Source: Escherichia coli | GTDB lineage: Bacteria; Pseudomonadota; Gammaproteobacteria; Enterobacterales; Enterobacteriaceae | Reading direction: 5' to 3' (one strand) | Length of the DNA stretch: 64,000 bases | Assembly: GCF_029227855.1 (NCBI RefSeq) | Contig: NZ_CP074357.1 | In this document: positions 44,530 through 54,408 of the stretch, one piece after another | How positions within the stretch are numbered: position 1 is the stretch's first letter | Layout of the letters: every line of letters begins with the position of its first letter | Position numbers and translations under genes: made by a program | Notes under the pieces: model-generated | Told to the model about the DNA's origin: nothing | The model's input: only the letters and a program-made list of their open reading frames with translations | Database searches by the model: none

Positions 44530-44662
44530 GCTTAATTTGGATTATTTTTTGGTTCAGGTTCTAAATTTATTGTGATTATTCTGCCTTTAAGTTGCAAAAA
44601 GATTGGTTTTAAGCCCGCCCATGAAATAATGACTTGTTAAAATACTGCCTGTAAATAGGCTT

Positions 44663-45217
44663 GTGGATACATGTCTGTACTCAACAAATCAAGGTGAAAT
44701 GATGTTTTTTTTAACAAAGTTACTTTTGCCCATCATGATTGTTGTATTCCCAGTGGCGTCCTGGGGGAACTCAACAACTTTTGAGGCAAAGGTGGTTAAG
44801 ATTGTTGACGGTGACACCATAACTGCGTTGGATGCTCAAAACACAACCATCAAAATACGGATGTATGGTATAGACGCTCCTGAATCTAAACAGGCTTTTG
44901 GCCAAAAAGCAAAACAGGCCTTAACCACAGCTATAGCAACTAAAATCGTTACCGTGATAGACCATGGTACGGATATCTATGGCCGTATGTTAGGTACCAT
45001 CTGGTTAGATGGATATGATATCAATGCCTCTATGGTGGACAGTGGATATGCGTGGGTTTATCGGTTCGAAGATAACGCCATTGTCCCTGGCTATATCAAA
45101 TATGAATCCGCAGCACAAAAGGAGGCAAAAGGGTTATGGGCAGACACCAACCCTGTCCCACCATGGCAGTGGAGACAGGCAAACGAAAAGCCCAGAAAGG
45201 TGAAAGAGAAGAAATAA
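44663..45217 (+). CDS. secreted SNase-like (thermonuclease-family) nuclease
   Basis: Signal-peptide-like N-terminus (probable start MMFFLTKLL at 44699); ..VKIVDGDTITALD.., ..RMYGIDAPE.., ..YGRMLGTIW.. resemble staphylococcal nuclease. Confidence 0.75.
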   Translation: MDTCLYSTNQGEMMFFLTKLLLPIMIVVFPVASWGNSTTFEAKVVKIVDGDTITALDAQNTTIKIRMYGIDAPESKQAFGQKAKQALTTAIATKIVTVIDHGTDIYGRMLGTIWLDGYDINASMVDSGYAWVYRFEDNAIVPGYIKYESAAQKEAKGLWADTNPVPPWQWRQANEKPRKVKEKK

Positions 45218-45219
45218 CC

Positions 45220-46116
45220 ATGATGAAAGAGCCTCATCCGTTACTTCAGTTGGTACTAAACGATTCCGGTCGTCTAACCATGCCTGTTTATTATAGAGAT
45301 CAACAGTATTGCCCGACTTGCCTTACAAAGGTGTTGAAGAGTGAGGATGGAAGTTTGGCGCACCTCGGGGAAATAAATCAAAATACATGTAGACCTTCTA
45401 TTTCAGTAGTTGTGACAAAAGCAATTATTGAAATGTTATGTGACGGGGAAAAAATATATGTAAATCCAATACGACACCGAGGCCGGGTGCTGGCACCCTC
45501 AGTAATTTTTTCTCCCGACACTCACACTTTCAAACCGTTTATAAATACAGACTATCAGCCTGTGGGAGCAAACTGGAAAAGTGAAAAGGGATATAAACTC
45601 GGTCTGTTTTATCTCAAAGATCGAGCCAACTCTATCAATAAAGAGGAATTTGATTTCATTGCCGTTATAGACCCTGAGGCAATGCAGAAAGAATTTATTT
45701 CGGCCTGGTCTGAGGTTGATGAAAAAAATCCATTGGAAACGCTGAAGCAGATCTTACGATCTAAAAACAACTCTTCTTTATGGGTAAAATGGCCTGGCAA
45801 AATTGAGCATGCGCAAAAAGGAAATTACAACGAAAATTACTGGTTCGATTATCAATCTGATAATCAGGAAGTGAACTGTACGGTCTCTGTTGTAGGTATC
45901 GAAGGTAACAGTTCCGGTGAGACAATTTATAGATTGCAAACTTTGCTAAAGCGTAAGCTCAATGAATATCAACTGGTTCGGTCTTTAGGGACTATTATGC
46001 TTCTTGATAATACCGGGAATATGATTCCATCAAACCATCCTTATTTTGAAGTCATCTCAAAAGCATGTATAAATGGAGTGCGTGACTTTGTTCGTCAAAA
46101 CCCGTGGGTAGTCTGA
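45220..46116 (+). CDS. hypothetical protein (298 aa)
   Basis: ATGATG start 3 nt after nuclease stop (ORF track begins earlier at 45136). Confidence 0.55.
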   Translation: MMKEPHPLLQLVLNDSGRLTMPVYYRDQQYCPTCLTKVLKSEDGSLAHLGEINQNTCRPSISVVVTKAIIEMLCDGEKIYVNPIRHRGRVLAPSVIFSPDTHTFKPFINTDYQPVGANWKSEKGYKLGLFYLKDRANSINKEEFDFIAVIDPEAMQKEFISAWSEVDEKNPLETLKQILRSKNNSSLWVKWPGKIEHAQKGNYNENYWFDYQSDNQEVNCTVSVVGIEGNSSGETIYRLQTLLKRKLNEYQLVRSLGTIMLLDNTGNMIPSNHPYFEVISKACINGVRDFVRQNPWVV

Positions 46117-46163
46117 CGGTCAACTATAAAGCATAATATAATTAGTAATAACAAGGAACAGAC

Positions 46164-46571
46164 ATGAATGAAAACTCAGTAATCTTAATAAGTTTATTTT
46201 GGTTTTTTTTGGGATCGAGTGTTGTAGCTGGTTTTATGGATGCATCATTATATTGCTGGATTTTTGCAGCCATAAGCGCATTGTTTCTTCTTTCGGTGAT
46301 ACAAACACCAAAGGAGTTAACGGTATCTATTAGTCATATGACAAGCAAAACGCTGATCTCAAAGACAGATGATGGATACACATTTAGCATTTCACCTTAC
46401 GGAGACGGGTACCGCTTATCAGTCTCGCCTGAAAATCGTCACAATGGTACCCAAAGCTTTGACGGCTGGTTCCCACGTTTTTTTTCCGAACCACAGTATG
46501 CCAAATCATCTTTAACTAAATTTCTCGGTGAGTCCTTAGTATGGGAAGAAGATTCAAGTAATGCTCTATGA
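46164..46571 (+). CDS. hypothetical membrane protein (135 aa)
   Basis: Two N-terminal hydrophobic segments. Confidence 0.5.
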   Translation: MNENSVILISLFWFFLGSSVVAGFMDASLYCWIFAAISALFLLSVIQTPKELTVSISHMTSKTLISKTDDGYTFSISPYGDGYRLSVSPENRHNGTQSFDGWFPRFFSEPQYAKSSLTKFLGESLVWEEDSSNAL

Positions 46572-46616
46572 GATTACTTATTATAAATTTTTCTATTAAT
46601 CTCCATGGAGTGATAT

Positions 46617-46871
46617 ATGAATTTGGCCTATTTTTTATTTTTGTCTATAACTGTTATGCTTACGAGCTTTATTATTAAATCACTTGTCGTATTGGTAAAG
46701 TTCAAATTACTTCGTGATGAACGTCTCGAATATACCAGCAATAAAAATATTGATGAGATGTACGATTTAATGAATGCGAAGGAAGAAATCCTCATAAGGC
46801 ATCATAAGCAGATGTTGGCATTGCATCTTTCACTATTAATATTCGTTCTATTTATTGCTTACATTTACTAA
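46617..46871 (+). CDS. hypothetical small membrane protein (84 aa)
   Basis: Hydrophobic N- and C-terminal segments. Confidence 0.45.
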   Translation: MNLAYFLFLSITVMLTSFIIKSLVVLVKFKLLRDERLEYTSNKNIDEMYDLMNAKEEILIRHHKQMLALHLSLLIFVLFIAYIY

Positions 46872-47196
46872 AAATAATTTTATTCAACATTTCAACAAAG
46901 GGTTTTCAATGGAAAGCTTCGAAACTGAACAAATGATTCAATATGCTTTCTACATAAATATCGTAATAACGACTGGTTTGGCATGGTTTTGCTTGCGGTC
47001 AGGATTGCATTACAATTTTTTCAGAAAAGCAGAGAGTGCCAGAACAAAAGGGCTGAGTAGTACCTCTACTGAACACGGTCCAGCAATAGTGAGACTAAAG
47101 AAGCTACAAGCATTAGTAGATTTTATTAGTAACTGTGCTTTTCTAATCCTTTCAATTGGCACAGCTTATATTTTGTATGTTTGGAGCCACAGTTAA
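46855..47196 (+). CDS. hypothetical small membrane protein (probable start at MESFETEQ)
   Basis: Two hydrophobic segments; start uncertain. Confidence 0.4.
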   Translation: MLTFTKNNFIQHFNKGFSMESFETEQMIQYAFYINIVITTGLAWFCLRSGLHYNFFRKAESARTKGLSSTSTEHGPAIVRLKKLQALVDFISNCAFLILSIGTAYILYVWSHS

Positions 47197-47232
47197 CTCA
47201 TACGAGGTAACTTCGGCAGGTAACAACTTCTA

Positions 47233-47463
47233 ATGCAGGACTTTAATAACTCTAAGGGATTCTACATGAAAAAAGACGATCTAATTACGCGTTGTAAATT
47301 ACTTAAAGGCGAACGCGATGAGTCTATCTTTACCATATTAATTGGGATAGTAGTAAAGCTGGGGCTGGTAGGCCTGGCATTCTATCTGTTGCTTGGTTCC
47401 ACGATTGATTGGTCAAGCTGGAAAACTTATGCCGCCATGTTGATCTTGGGAGCATTTCTCTAA
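47233..47463 (+). CDS. hypothetical small membrane protein (76 aa)
   Basis: C-terminal hydrophobic segments. Confidence 0.4.
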   Translation: MQDFNNSKGFYMKKDDLITRCKLLKGERDESIFTILIGIVVKLGLVGLAFYLLLGSTIDWSSWKTYAAMLILGAFL

Positions 47464-47799
47464 AATCTTGAACCTTTTTTCACTCATTACAAGCCATGAC
47501 CTAGTGCGTAGATCATACGATCTTTAAACCTTATGTCATTGATTTATAAGTACATATAACAAAGATTATGTTAAATACTGTATGTATGTACAGCATCAAC
47601 AGTTGCCCCCCTCATATTGAGGTAATTGCTACATTCATACCACTATTCTTCTTATAGTATCGACATCCTGAATTATTGCACCCTACTGCTTTGTCTTTAG
47701 CTGTTCCGAATTAAAATTCATTGCTCAATTTGGATCACATGACGATCAGCGTATTCCTTTGCTTTATCAAAGTTAAGTTTTTAAAACATAAGATATGTA

Positions 47800-48261
47800 A
47801 TGACAAATTCTCAATCTGATTTTCCTTTGAACGATCAAAATTTTCAGGCAGATTTGCTGAAAATCAAAAAGGTTTTCGCCGACCTTATAACGCAGGCATC
47901 AGATGGTAAGATACCCATAAGGTCTTCTCATGTACACGGCTTACACCATTTCGAGGAGCTCTACATCCGGGCAAGAGCAGGCATGTGTTCGGTCCTGGGA
48001 TATCCGGTCATGGTTGTTTCAACTATCTCAGTTAAAGAGCCCGGCACAGGCATTTTTAGAGCGCTTCTTGCAGAATTGAAATGTATTGCAGATGAACAAA
48101 ATTACATTTTGAAAATTGAAAATGTACTGCCTCCCCTATTCCGCAAATACCTTATTCAAGAAGGTTTTGTTTTCCCAGGTGAACCTTGGATGTGTGGTTC
48201 CGGCTATTGGTTTAAGAACCCACAAGTACTTCATGAAAATATTGAGTTATTATCTGTTTAA
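47800..48261 (+). CDS. hypothetical protein, possibly GNAT-like acetyltransferase
   Basis: 153 aa; ..VKEPGTGIFRALL.. fits the K/R-x-x-G-x-G/A acetyl-CoA motif loosely. Confidence 0.45.
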   Translation: MTNSQSDFPLNDQNFQADLLKIKKVFADLITQASDGKIPIRSSHVHGLHHFEELYIRARAGMCSVLGYPVMVVSTISVKEPGTGIFRALLAELKCIADEQNYILKIENVLPPLFRKYLIQEGFVFPGEPWMCGSGYWFKNPQVLHENIELLSV

Positions 48262-48290
48262 GTCGATCTAACAATTTCACTGGAGCTAAC

Positions 48291-48698
48291 ATGTCCCCGG
48301 AATTGGTATCAGACATTGCAAGAGTGGCGCATGAAAAGCTACTTTCAATTTTAACGGAGTGCGGCATAGAGAAGACGGCAGGCACTTGCCTTTTTGCAAG
48401 CTATCTTGTGTGTTATTTAGCAAAAACTAAAGGTCTAGATGCTGTTGTCCGTGGGGGTAACGGTGCAGATGATGGCGGTATATTTATAGAGTGTGGTGGC
48501 TTTGGCCATTATTGGTGTGAGTTGAATTTCGAAGAAGTGCAATATTATATTGACATCACTTCCGAACAGTTTGGGTTTCATCCATACATAGTGAAACTCG
48601 CCAACGATATAACAGGATGGCCTCGATATATTCCTGGTGATCAGGAAACGGTCGATAGTCATTTAGAACAATTATTACGCGACGGCTATACAGAATAG
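48291..48698 (+). CDS. hypothetical protein with Cys/His/Asp pattern
   Basis: 135 aa; ..GTCLFASY.., ..GHYWCE.., ..YIDIT.. could form a thiol-hydrolase triad. Confidence 0.45.
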   Translation: MSPELVSDIARVAHEKLLSILTECGIEKTAGTCLFASYLVCYLAKTKGLDAVVRGGNGADDGGIFIECGGFGHYWCELNFEEVQYYIDITSEQFGFHPYIVKLANDITGWPRYIPGDQETVDSHLEQLLRDGYTE

Positions 48699-48748
48699 GC
48701 TGCGTATACCCTATCGCAGCCTTTCAGGCTCTTAACCCTTGTGACCTG

Positions 48749-49276
48749 TTAACGGAACCACTCAGGATGACGCTGCCGATCAACTTTGATAACCTGCGAA
48801 TTAAATTCAACGACATCCGCTGGAGTAAGCATTAATTCATCAGGATTTACAATAAATGGTCTTAAAACCACTTCGCCACCGTCTTCTTTTGCACCGTAGA
48901 TATTAATAAGAAAGTGCAGTCGTTGATTTCCTTCAGCATTGCGTTGCCATTCTCTAAAAGTCAAAGTTTGTTTAATATAGTTTGTTAAAAGAAATGCGAA
49001 TTCAGATTCTTCCGTTTGTGAGATACCGATTTTGTTAGACATTTTTTTTAGTATCTTTCCGAGCATGGACACACAGGCATCTAGACTTAACGATGTTGAA
49101 ATTTTGGTCGTATTAAAATCCTCCTGCGAAAGTGAAATCATCCATGTATTATCTTTATGATAGTCGGTAATATAAATAAAATGAGATGTAAAAGGCGTTG
49201 AGTGATTGAACTCTCCTAAGTTCCATCCATACTGACTCACTGTATTTGAGCTAAGTTCTTTGTCGGTAATGTTCAT
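48749..49276 (-). CDS. hypothetical protein (175 aa)
   Basis: ORF track; convergent with the 47800-48698 pair. Confidence 0.5.
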   Translation of the reverse strand: MNITDKELSSNTVSQYGWNLGEFNHSTPFTSHFIYITDYHKDNTWMISLSQEDFNTTKISTSLSLDACVSMLGKILKKMSNKIGISQTEESEFAFLLTNYIKQTLTFREWQRNAEGNQRLHFLINIYGAKEDGGEVVLRPFIVNPDELMLTPADVVEFNSQVIKVDRQRHPEWFR

Positions 49277-49442
49277 AATTCATACCTTTCGATAAAGTCT
49301 GTAATGATAATTAGCTATCTCAAAGGACCAGAACAACTCTTGAAATAACCACACTCGAAGAATTTATCATATTGAACACCCCTACCTAATAACCTTGCCG
49401 ACTTAATAAATCACAATAGCCCTCCCCTGACATTTTAAAATG

Positions 49443-49829
49443 CTACTTGAATTTTTGATAGCTTATGGTTGTTTTATGTTCTTTGTGATACGCATATGTC
49501 ATCTTCTCTTTCCAGTACCAATCTTGTAGATCCTGCAAGTCTAGCCCATTTTTCTCACGTATGCTTTCGTGTAATTCGCTAAGCGCGAGTTTATCATTAG
49601 GTTTATAAATGGCTAATTTTTCTTCAAATAAATCCAGCCAACGTTTCCCCATCTTACGACGCAAAACAAACACCATCGTGATAAATGTAATGAAATGCAC
49701 AGCAATTAGTTCCAACTTATGCGATTGCTGACCAGATAAAATTACTATTGTAACAACAGGGATGGCCGTATATAAAGCAATCAAAGCGACCATAAGTTGG
49801 TATGGTTTTTCCCGTATTACCATGTTCAT
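49443..49829 (-). CDS. hypothetical membrane protein (128 aa)
   Basis: Two predicted TM helices; start lies 40 bp from the Tn1721 IR. Confidence 0.45.
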   Translation of the reverse strand: MNMVIREKPYQLMVALIALYTAIPVVTIVILSGQQSHKLELIAVHFITFITMVFVLRRKMGKRWLDLFEEKLAIYKPNDKLALSELHESIREKNGLDLQDLQDWYWKEKMTYAYHKEHKTTISYQKFK

Positions 49830-49902
49830 GGGTAAACCAGAGGACGCTACTGCTTGCCAAAATCTTAAAGGGGAGCCCGCAGAATTCGGAAAAAATCGTA
49901 CG

Positions 49903-51700
49903 CTAAGGTTTTCCGGGCATCCGTAAGGGCCGAAACTTCCCGTCTTCCAGTCTGCGGCTCTGCCGCCAGACGTAATCGCCGGTTAGGTTGATGTGCTCCC
50001 AGCCCAGCGGCGACAGGAATTGCAGCAGCTCGCCGTCCACCGGCTTGCCGGCCTCGACCAACCCCTGGGTGGCGCGTTCCAGGTACACCGTGTTCCACAG
50101 CACGATAGCCGCCGTCACCAGGTTGAGGCCGCTGGCCCGGTAGCGCTGCTGCTCGAAGCTCCGATCCCTGATTTCCCCAAGGCGGTTGAAGAACACCGCC
50201 CTGGCCAGCGAGTTGCGCGCCTCACCTTTGTTCAGGCCGGCATGCACGCGGCGGCGCAGTTCAACACTTTGCAGCCAGTCCAGGATGAACAGCGTGCGCT
50301 CGATCCGGCCCAGCTCGCGCAGGGCCACGGCCAGTCCGTTCTGGCGCGGGTAGCTGCCGAGCTTGCGCAGCATCAGCGAGGCGGTGACGGTGCCCTGCTT
50401 GATCGAGCTGGCCAGGCGCAGGATGTCGTCCCAGTGGGCACGCACGTGCTTGATGTTCAGGGTGCCGCCGATCAGCGGGCGCAACGTCGGGTAGGCTTGC
50501 ACGCCCTGCGGCACGTACAGCTTGGTTTCGCCGAGGTCGCGGATGCGCGGCGCGAAGCGGAAGCCTAGCAGGTGCATCAGGGCAAAGACGTGATCGGTGA
50601 AGCCGGCCGTGTCGGTGTAGTGCTCCTCGATCCGCAGGTCGGACTCGTGGTACAGCAGGCCGTCGAGCACATAGGTGGAATCGCGGACGCCGACATTCAC
50701 CACGCGGGTGCTGAACGGCGCGTACTGGTCGGAGATATGGGTATAGAACAGCCGTCCCGGCTCGCTACCGTACTTCGGGTTGACGTGCCCGGTGCTCTCG
50801 CCCCGGCCACCCGCGCGGAAGCGCTGGCCATCGGAGGATGAGGTCGTGCCGTCGCCCCAGTGGGCGGCAAAGGCGTGGCGATACTGGTGGTTGACCAGCT
50901 CGGCCAAGGCCGCCGAATAGGTTTCGTCGCGGATGTGCCAGGCTTGCAGCCAGGACAGCTTGGCGTAGGTCAGGCCGGGGCTCGACTCGGCCATCTTGGT
51001 CAGCCCGAGGTTGATCGCATCACCGAGGATTGCGGACAGCAGCAACGTCCTGTCTTTGGCCTCGGCCCCGTCCTTCAAGTGGGTGAAGTGGCGGCTGAAG
51101 CCCGTCCAGTCGTCCACGTCCATCAGCAGTTCGGTGATCTTGATGCGCGGCAGTAACTGGCTGGTTTGGTCGATCAGCGCCTGCGCCCGATCCGGCACCG
51201 CCGCATCCAGCGGGGTGATTTTCAGCCCTGACTCGGTGAGGATGGCATCGGGCAGCTCGTTGTCCTTGGCCAGGCGGGTGACGGTGGCCAACTGCTCGTC
51301 CAGCAGCTGCAAACGCTCTTCCAGGTACTGGTCGCTGTTCGGGTTGATCGCCAGGGGCAGGGCCTGCTCGCGCTTGAGTGCGGCGAACTTCTCGGCCGGC
51401 AGCAGGTAGTCGTCGAAGTCGCGGAACTGCCGCGAGCCCTTGACCCAGATGTCGCCGGAGCGCAGGGCGTTCTTCAGCTCGGACAGGGCGCAGATTTCGT
51501 AGAATTTCCGGTCGAGGCCTTCCGGGGTGATCACCAGCGGCTTCCAGCGCGGCTTGATGAAGGCCGTGGGTGCATCGGCCGGCACCTTGCGCAGGTTGTC
51601 GGCGTTCATCTCACGCAGGGTCTGCACGGCTGCCAGCACGCCTTGCGCGGCCGGCCCGTGCTGTTCCCCAACTTTTCGCTCGGCGAAGAGTATGAACATG
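49903..51700 (-). pseudogene. tnpA: Tn1721 tnpA' (3' portion of transposase gene)
   Basis: 606-aa ORF ending ..[11 protein letters not shown]; 5' boundary approximate. Confidence 0.8.
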
Positions 51701-52050
51701 CGCCGCCGGCGACGAATCGCCAAATCTCACCGTATCTCCCGAGCGGACGATTTCGCACCGGTCTGCCCGTCGAAGGGCTTGCGATCGAACGGGGCGACCT
51801 TTTCTATGCATGTCCGCGAGCCAGCGTCTTTTATGGCACGGCGCTCGACGCCGACCTTCGGACGCGCGGCGTAAGCACGCTTGTCATGGCCGGGATAAGC
51901 ACCACCGGCGTTGTTCTTTCAAGCGTCGCCTGGGCTAGTGATGCGGACTACGACGTGCGTTTGGTCCAGGACTGCTGCTACGACCCGGATCGGGATGCCC
52001 ACGAAGCTCTGTTGCGTTCCGGGTTCGGCGGACGTGTACAGGTCGTGTAA
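51643..52050 (+). pseudogene. isochorismatase-family hydrolase, C-terminal fragment
   Basis: ..STLVMAGISTTGVVLSSVAWASDADYDVRLVQDCCYDPD..; N-terminus missing. Confidence 0.4.
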
Positions 52051-52187
52051 TTTTCGGGCCTCGCATGATCGCGGCCATAGCCGCAGGTGGATTGGTGCGA
52101 GGCAGGGCCAGTCCAAGTCAGGGTGCGGTCATCGCGGCGCCTGCAACTCTCAAAAACCCATCGCCGTAGCGGAGGTCTTGTAATCGC

Positions 52188-53072
52188 ATGTCATTACGCA
52201 CGCCCGATTTATTGTTCACAGCGATAGCACCTGCCATTTGGGGCAGCACCTACATTGTCACCACCCAATACCTGCCGAACTTCTCACCGATGACGGTCGC
52301 GATGCTGCGGGCGTTGCCGGCGGGTTTATTGCTCGTGATGATCGTCCGACAGATTCCAACGGGAATCTGGTGGATGCGCATCTTCATCCTCGGCGCACTT
52401 AATATTTCGCTATTCTGGAGCTTGTTGTTTATTTCGGTCTACCGCCTGCCGGGCGGGGTCGCGGCGACGGTAGGCGCTGTGCAGCCGCTGATGGTCGTGT
52501 TCATCTCTGCCGCTCTGCTAGGTAGCCCGATACGATTGATGGCGGTCCTGGGGGCTATTTGCGGAACTGCGGGCGTGGCGCTGTTGGTGTTGACACCAAA
52601 CGCAGCGCTAGATCCTGTCGGCGTCGCAGCGGGCCTGGCGGGGGCGGTTTCCATGGCGTTCGGAACCGTGCTGACCCGCAAGTGGCAACCTCCCGTGCCT
52701 CTGCTCACCTTTACCGCCTGGCAACTGGCGGCCGGAGGACTTCTGCTCGTTCCAGTAGCTTTAGTGTTTGATCCGCCAATCCCGATGCCTACAGGAACCA
52801 ATGTTCTCGGCCTGGCGTGGCTCGGCCTGATCGGAGCGGGTTTAACCTACTTCCTTTGGTTCCGGGGGATCTCGCGACTCGAACCTACAGTTGTTTCCTT
52901 ACTGGGCTTTCTCAGCCCGGGGACCGCCGTGTTGCTAGGATGGTTGTTCTTGGATCAGACGCTGAGTGCGCTTCAAATCATCGGCGTCCTGCTCGTGATC
53001 GGGAGTATCTGGCTGGGCCAACGTTCCAACCGCACTCCTAGGGCGCGTATAGCTTGCCGGAAGTCGCCTTGA
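52188..53072 (+). CDS. pecM: EamA-family transporter PecM
   Basis: 294-aa polytopic membrane protein convergent with tet(A) as in Tn1721. Confidence 0.8.
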   Translation: MSLRTPDLLFTAIAPAIWGSTYIVTTQYLPNFSPMTVAMLRALPAGLLLVMIVRQIPTGIWWMRIFILGALNISLFWSLLFISVYRLPGGVAATVGAVQPLMVVFISAALLGSPIRLMAVLGAICGTAGVALLVLTPNAALDPVGVAAGLAGAVSMAFGTVLTRKWQPPVPLLTFTAWQLAAGGLLLVPVALVFDPPIPMPTGTNVLGLAWLGLIGAGLTYFLWFRGISRLEPTVVSLLGFLSPGTAVLLGWLFLDQTLSALQIIGVLLVIGSIWLGQRSNRTPRARIACRKSP

Positions 53073-53103
53073 CCCGCATGGCATAGGCCTATCGTTTCCA
53101 CGA

Positions 53104-54303
53104 TCAGCGATCGGCTCGTTGCCCTGCGCCGCTCCAAAGCCCGCGACGCAGCGCCGGCAGGCAGAGCAAGTAGAGGGCAGCGCCTGCAATCCATGCCCAC
53201 CCGTTCCACGTTGTTATAGAAGCCGCATAGATCGCCGTGAAGAGGAGGGGTCCGACGATCGAGGTCAGGCTGGTGAGCGCCGCCAGTGAGCCTTGCAGCT
53301 GCCCCTGACGTTCCTCATCCACCTGCCTGGACAACATTGCTTGCAGCGCCGGCATTCCGATGCCACCCGAAGCAAGCAGGACCATGATCGGGAACGCCAT
53401 CCATCCCCGTGTCGCGAAGGCAAGCAGGATGTAGCCTGTGCCGTCGGCAATCATTCCGAGCATGAGTGCCCGCCTTTCGCCGAGCCGGGCGGCTACAGGG
53501 CCGGTGATCATTGCCTGGGCGAGTGAATGCAGAATGCCAAATGCGGCAAGCGAAATGCCGATCGTGGTCGCGTCCCAGTGAAAGCGATCCTCGCCGAAAA
53601 TGACCCAAAGCGCGGCCGGCACCTGTCCGACAAGTTGCATGATGAAGAAGACCGCCATCAGGGCGGCGACGACGGTCATGCCCCGGGCCCACCGGAACGA
53701 AGCGAGCGGGTTGAGAGCCTCCCGGCGTAACGGCCGGCGTTCGCCTTTGTGCGACTCCGGCAAAAGGAAACAGCCCGTCAGGAAATTGAGGCCGTTCAAG
53801 GCTGCCGCGGCGAAGAACGGAGCGTGGGGGGAGAAACCGCCCATCAGCCCACCGAGCACAGGTCCCGCGACCATCCCGAACCCGAAACAGGCGCTCATGA
53901 AGCCGAAGTGCCGCGCGCGCTCATCGCCATCAGTGATATCGGCAATATAAGCGCCGGCTACCGCCCCAGTCGCCCCGGTGATGCCGGCCACGATCCGCCC
54001 GATATAGAGAACCCAAAGGAAAGGCGCCGTCGCCATGATGGCGTAGTCGACAGCAGCGCCGGCCAGCGAGACGAGCAAGACCGGCCGCCGCCCGAAACGA
54101 TCCGACAGCGCGCCCAGCACAGGTGCGCAGGCAAATTGCATCAACGCATACAGCGCCAGCAGAATGCCATAGTGGGCGGTGACGTCGTTCGAGTGAACCA
54201 GATCGCGCAGGAGGCCCGGCAGCACCGGCATAATCAGGCCGATGCCGACAGCGTCGAGCGCGACAGTGCTCAGAATTACGATCAGGGGTCTGTTGGGTTT
54301 CAC
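53104..54303 (-). CDS. tet(A): tetracycline efflux pump Tet(A)
   Basis: 399 aa from (V)KPNRPLIVILSTVALDAVGIGLIMPVLPGLLRDL.. ending ..RRGLWSGAGQRADR. Confidence 0.9.
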   Translation of the reverse strand: MKPNRPLIVILSTVALDAVGIGLIMPVLPGLLRDLVHSNDVTAHYGILLALYALMQFACAPVLGALSDRFGRRPVLLVSLAGAAVDYAIMATAPFLWVLYIGRIVAGITGATGAVAGAYIADITDGDERARHFGFMSACFGFGMVAGPVLGGLMGGFSPHAPFFAAAALNGLNFLTGCFLLPESHKGERRPLRREALNPLASFRWARGMTVVAALMAVFFIMQLVGQVPAALWVIFGEDRFHWDATTIGISLAAFGILHSLAQAMITGPVAARLGERRALMLGMIADGTGYILLAFATRGWMAFPIMVLLASGGIGMPALQAMLSRQVDEERQGQLQGSLAALTSLTSIVGPLLFTAIYAASITTWNGWAWIAGAALYLLCLPALRRGLWSGAGQRADR

Positions 54304-54408
54304 GTCTGGCCTCCGGACCAGCCTCCGCTGGTCCGATTGAACGCGCGGATTCTTTATCACTGATAAGTTGGTGGACATATTATGTTTATCAGTGATAAAG
54401 TGTCAAGC

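Noticed and set aside
49993-51409. Plus-strand ORFs of 89-191 aa within the Tn1721 tnpA fragments (also 55481-56897)
   Set aside because: Antisense to the transposase reading frame in GC-rich DNA; duplicated only because the underlying tnpA segment is duplicated.
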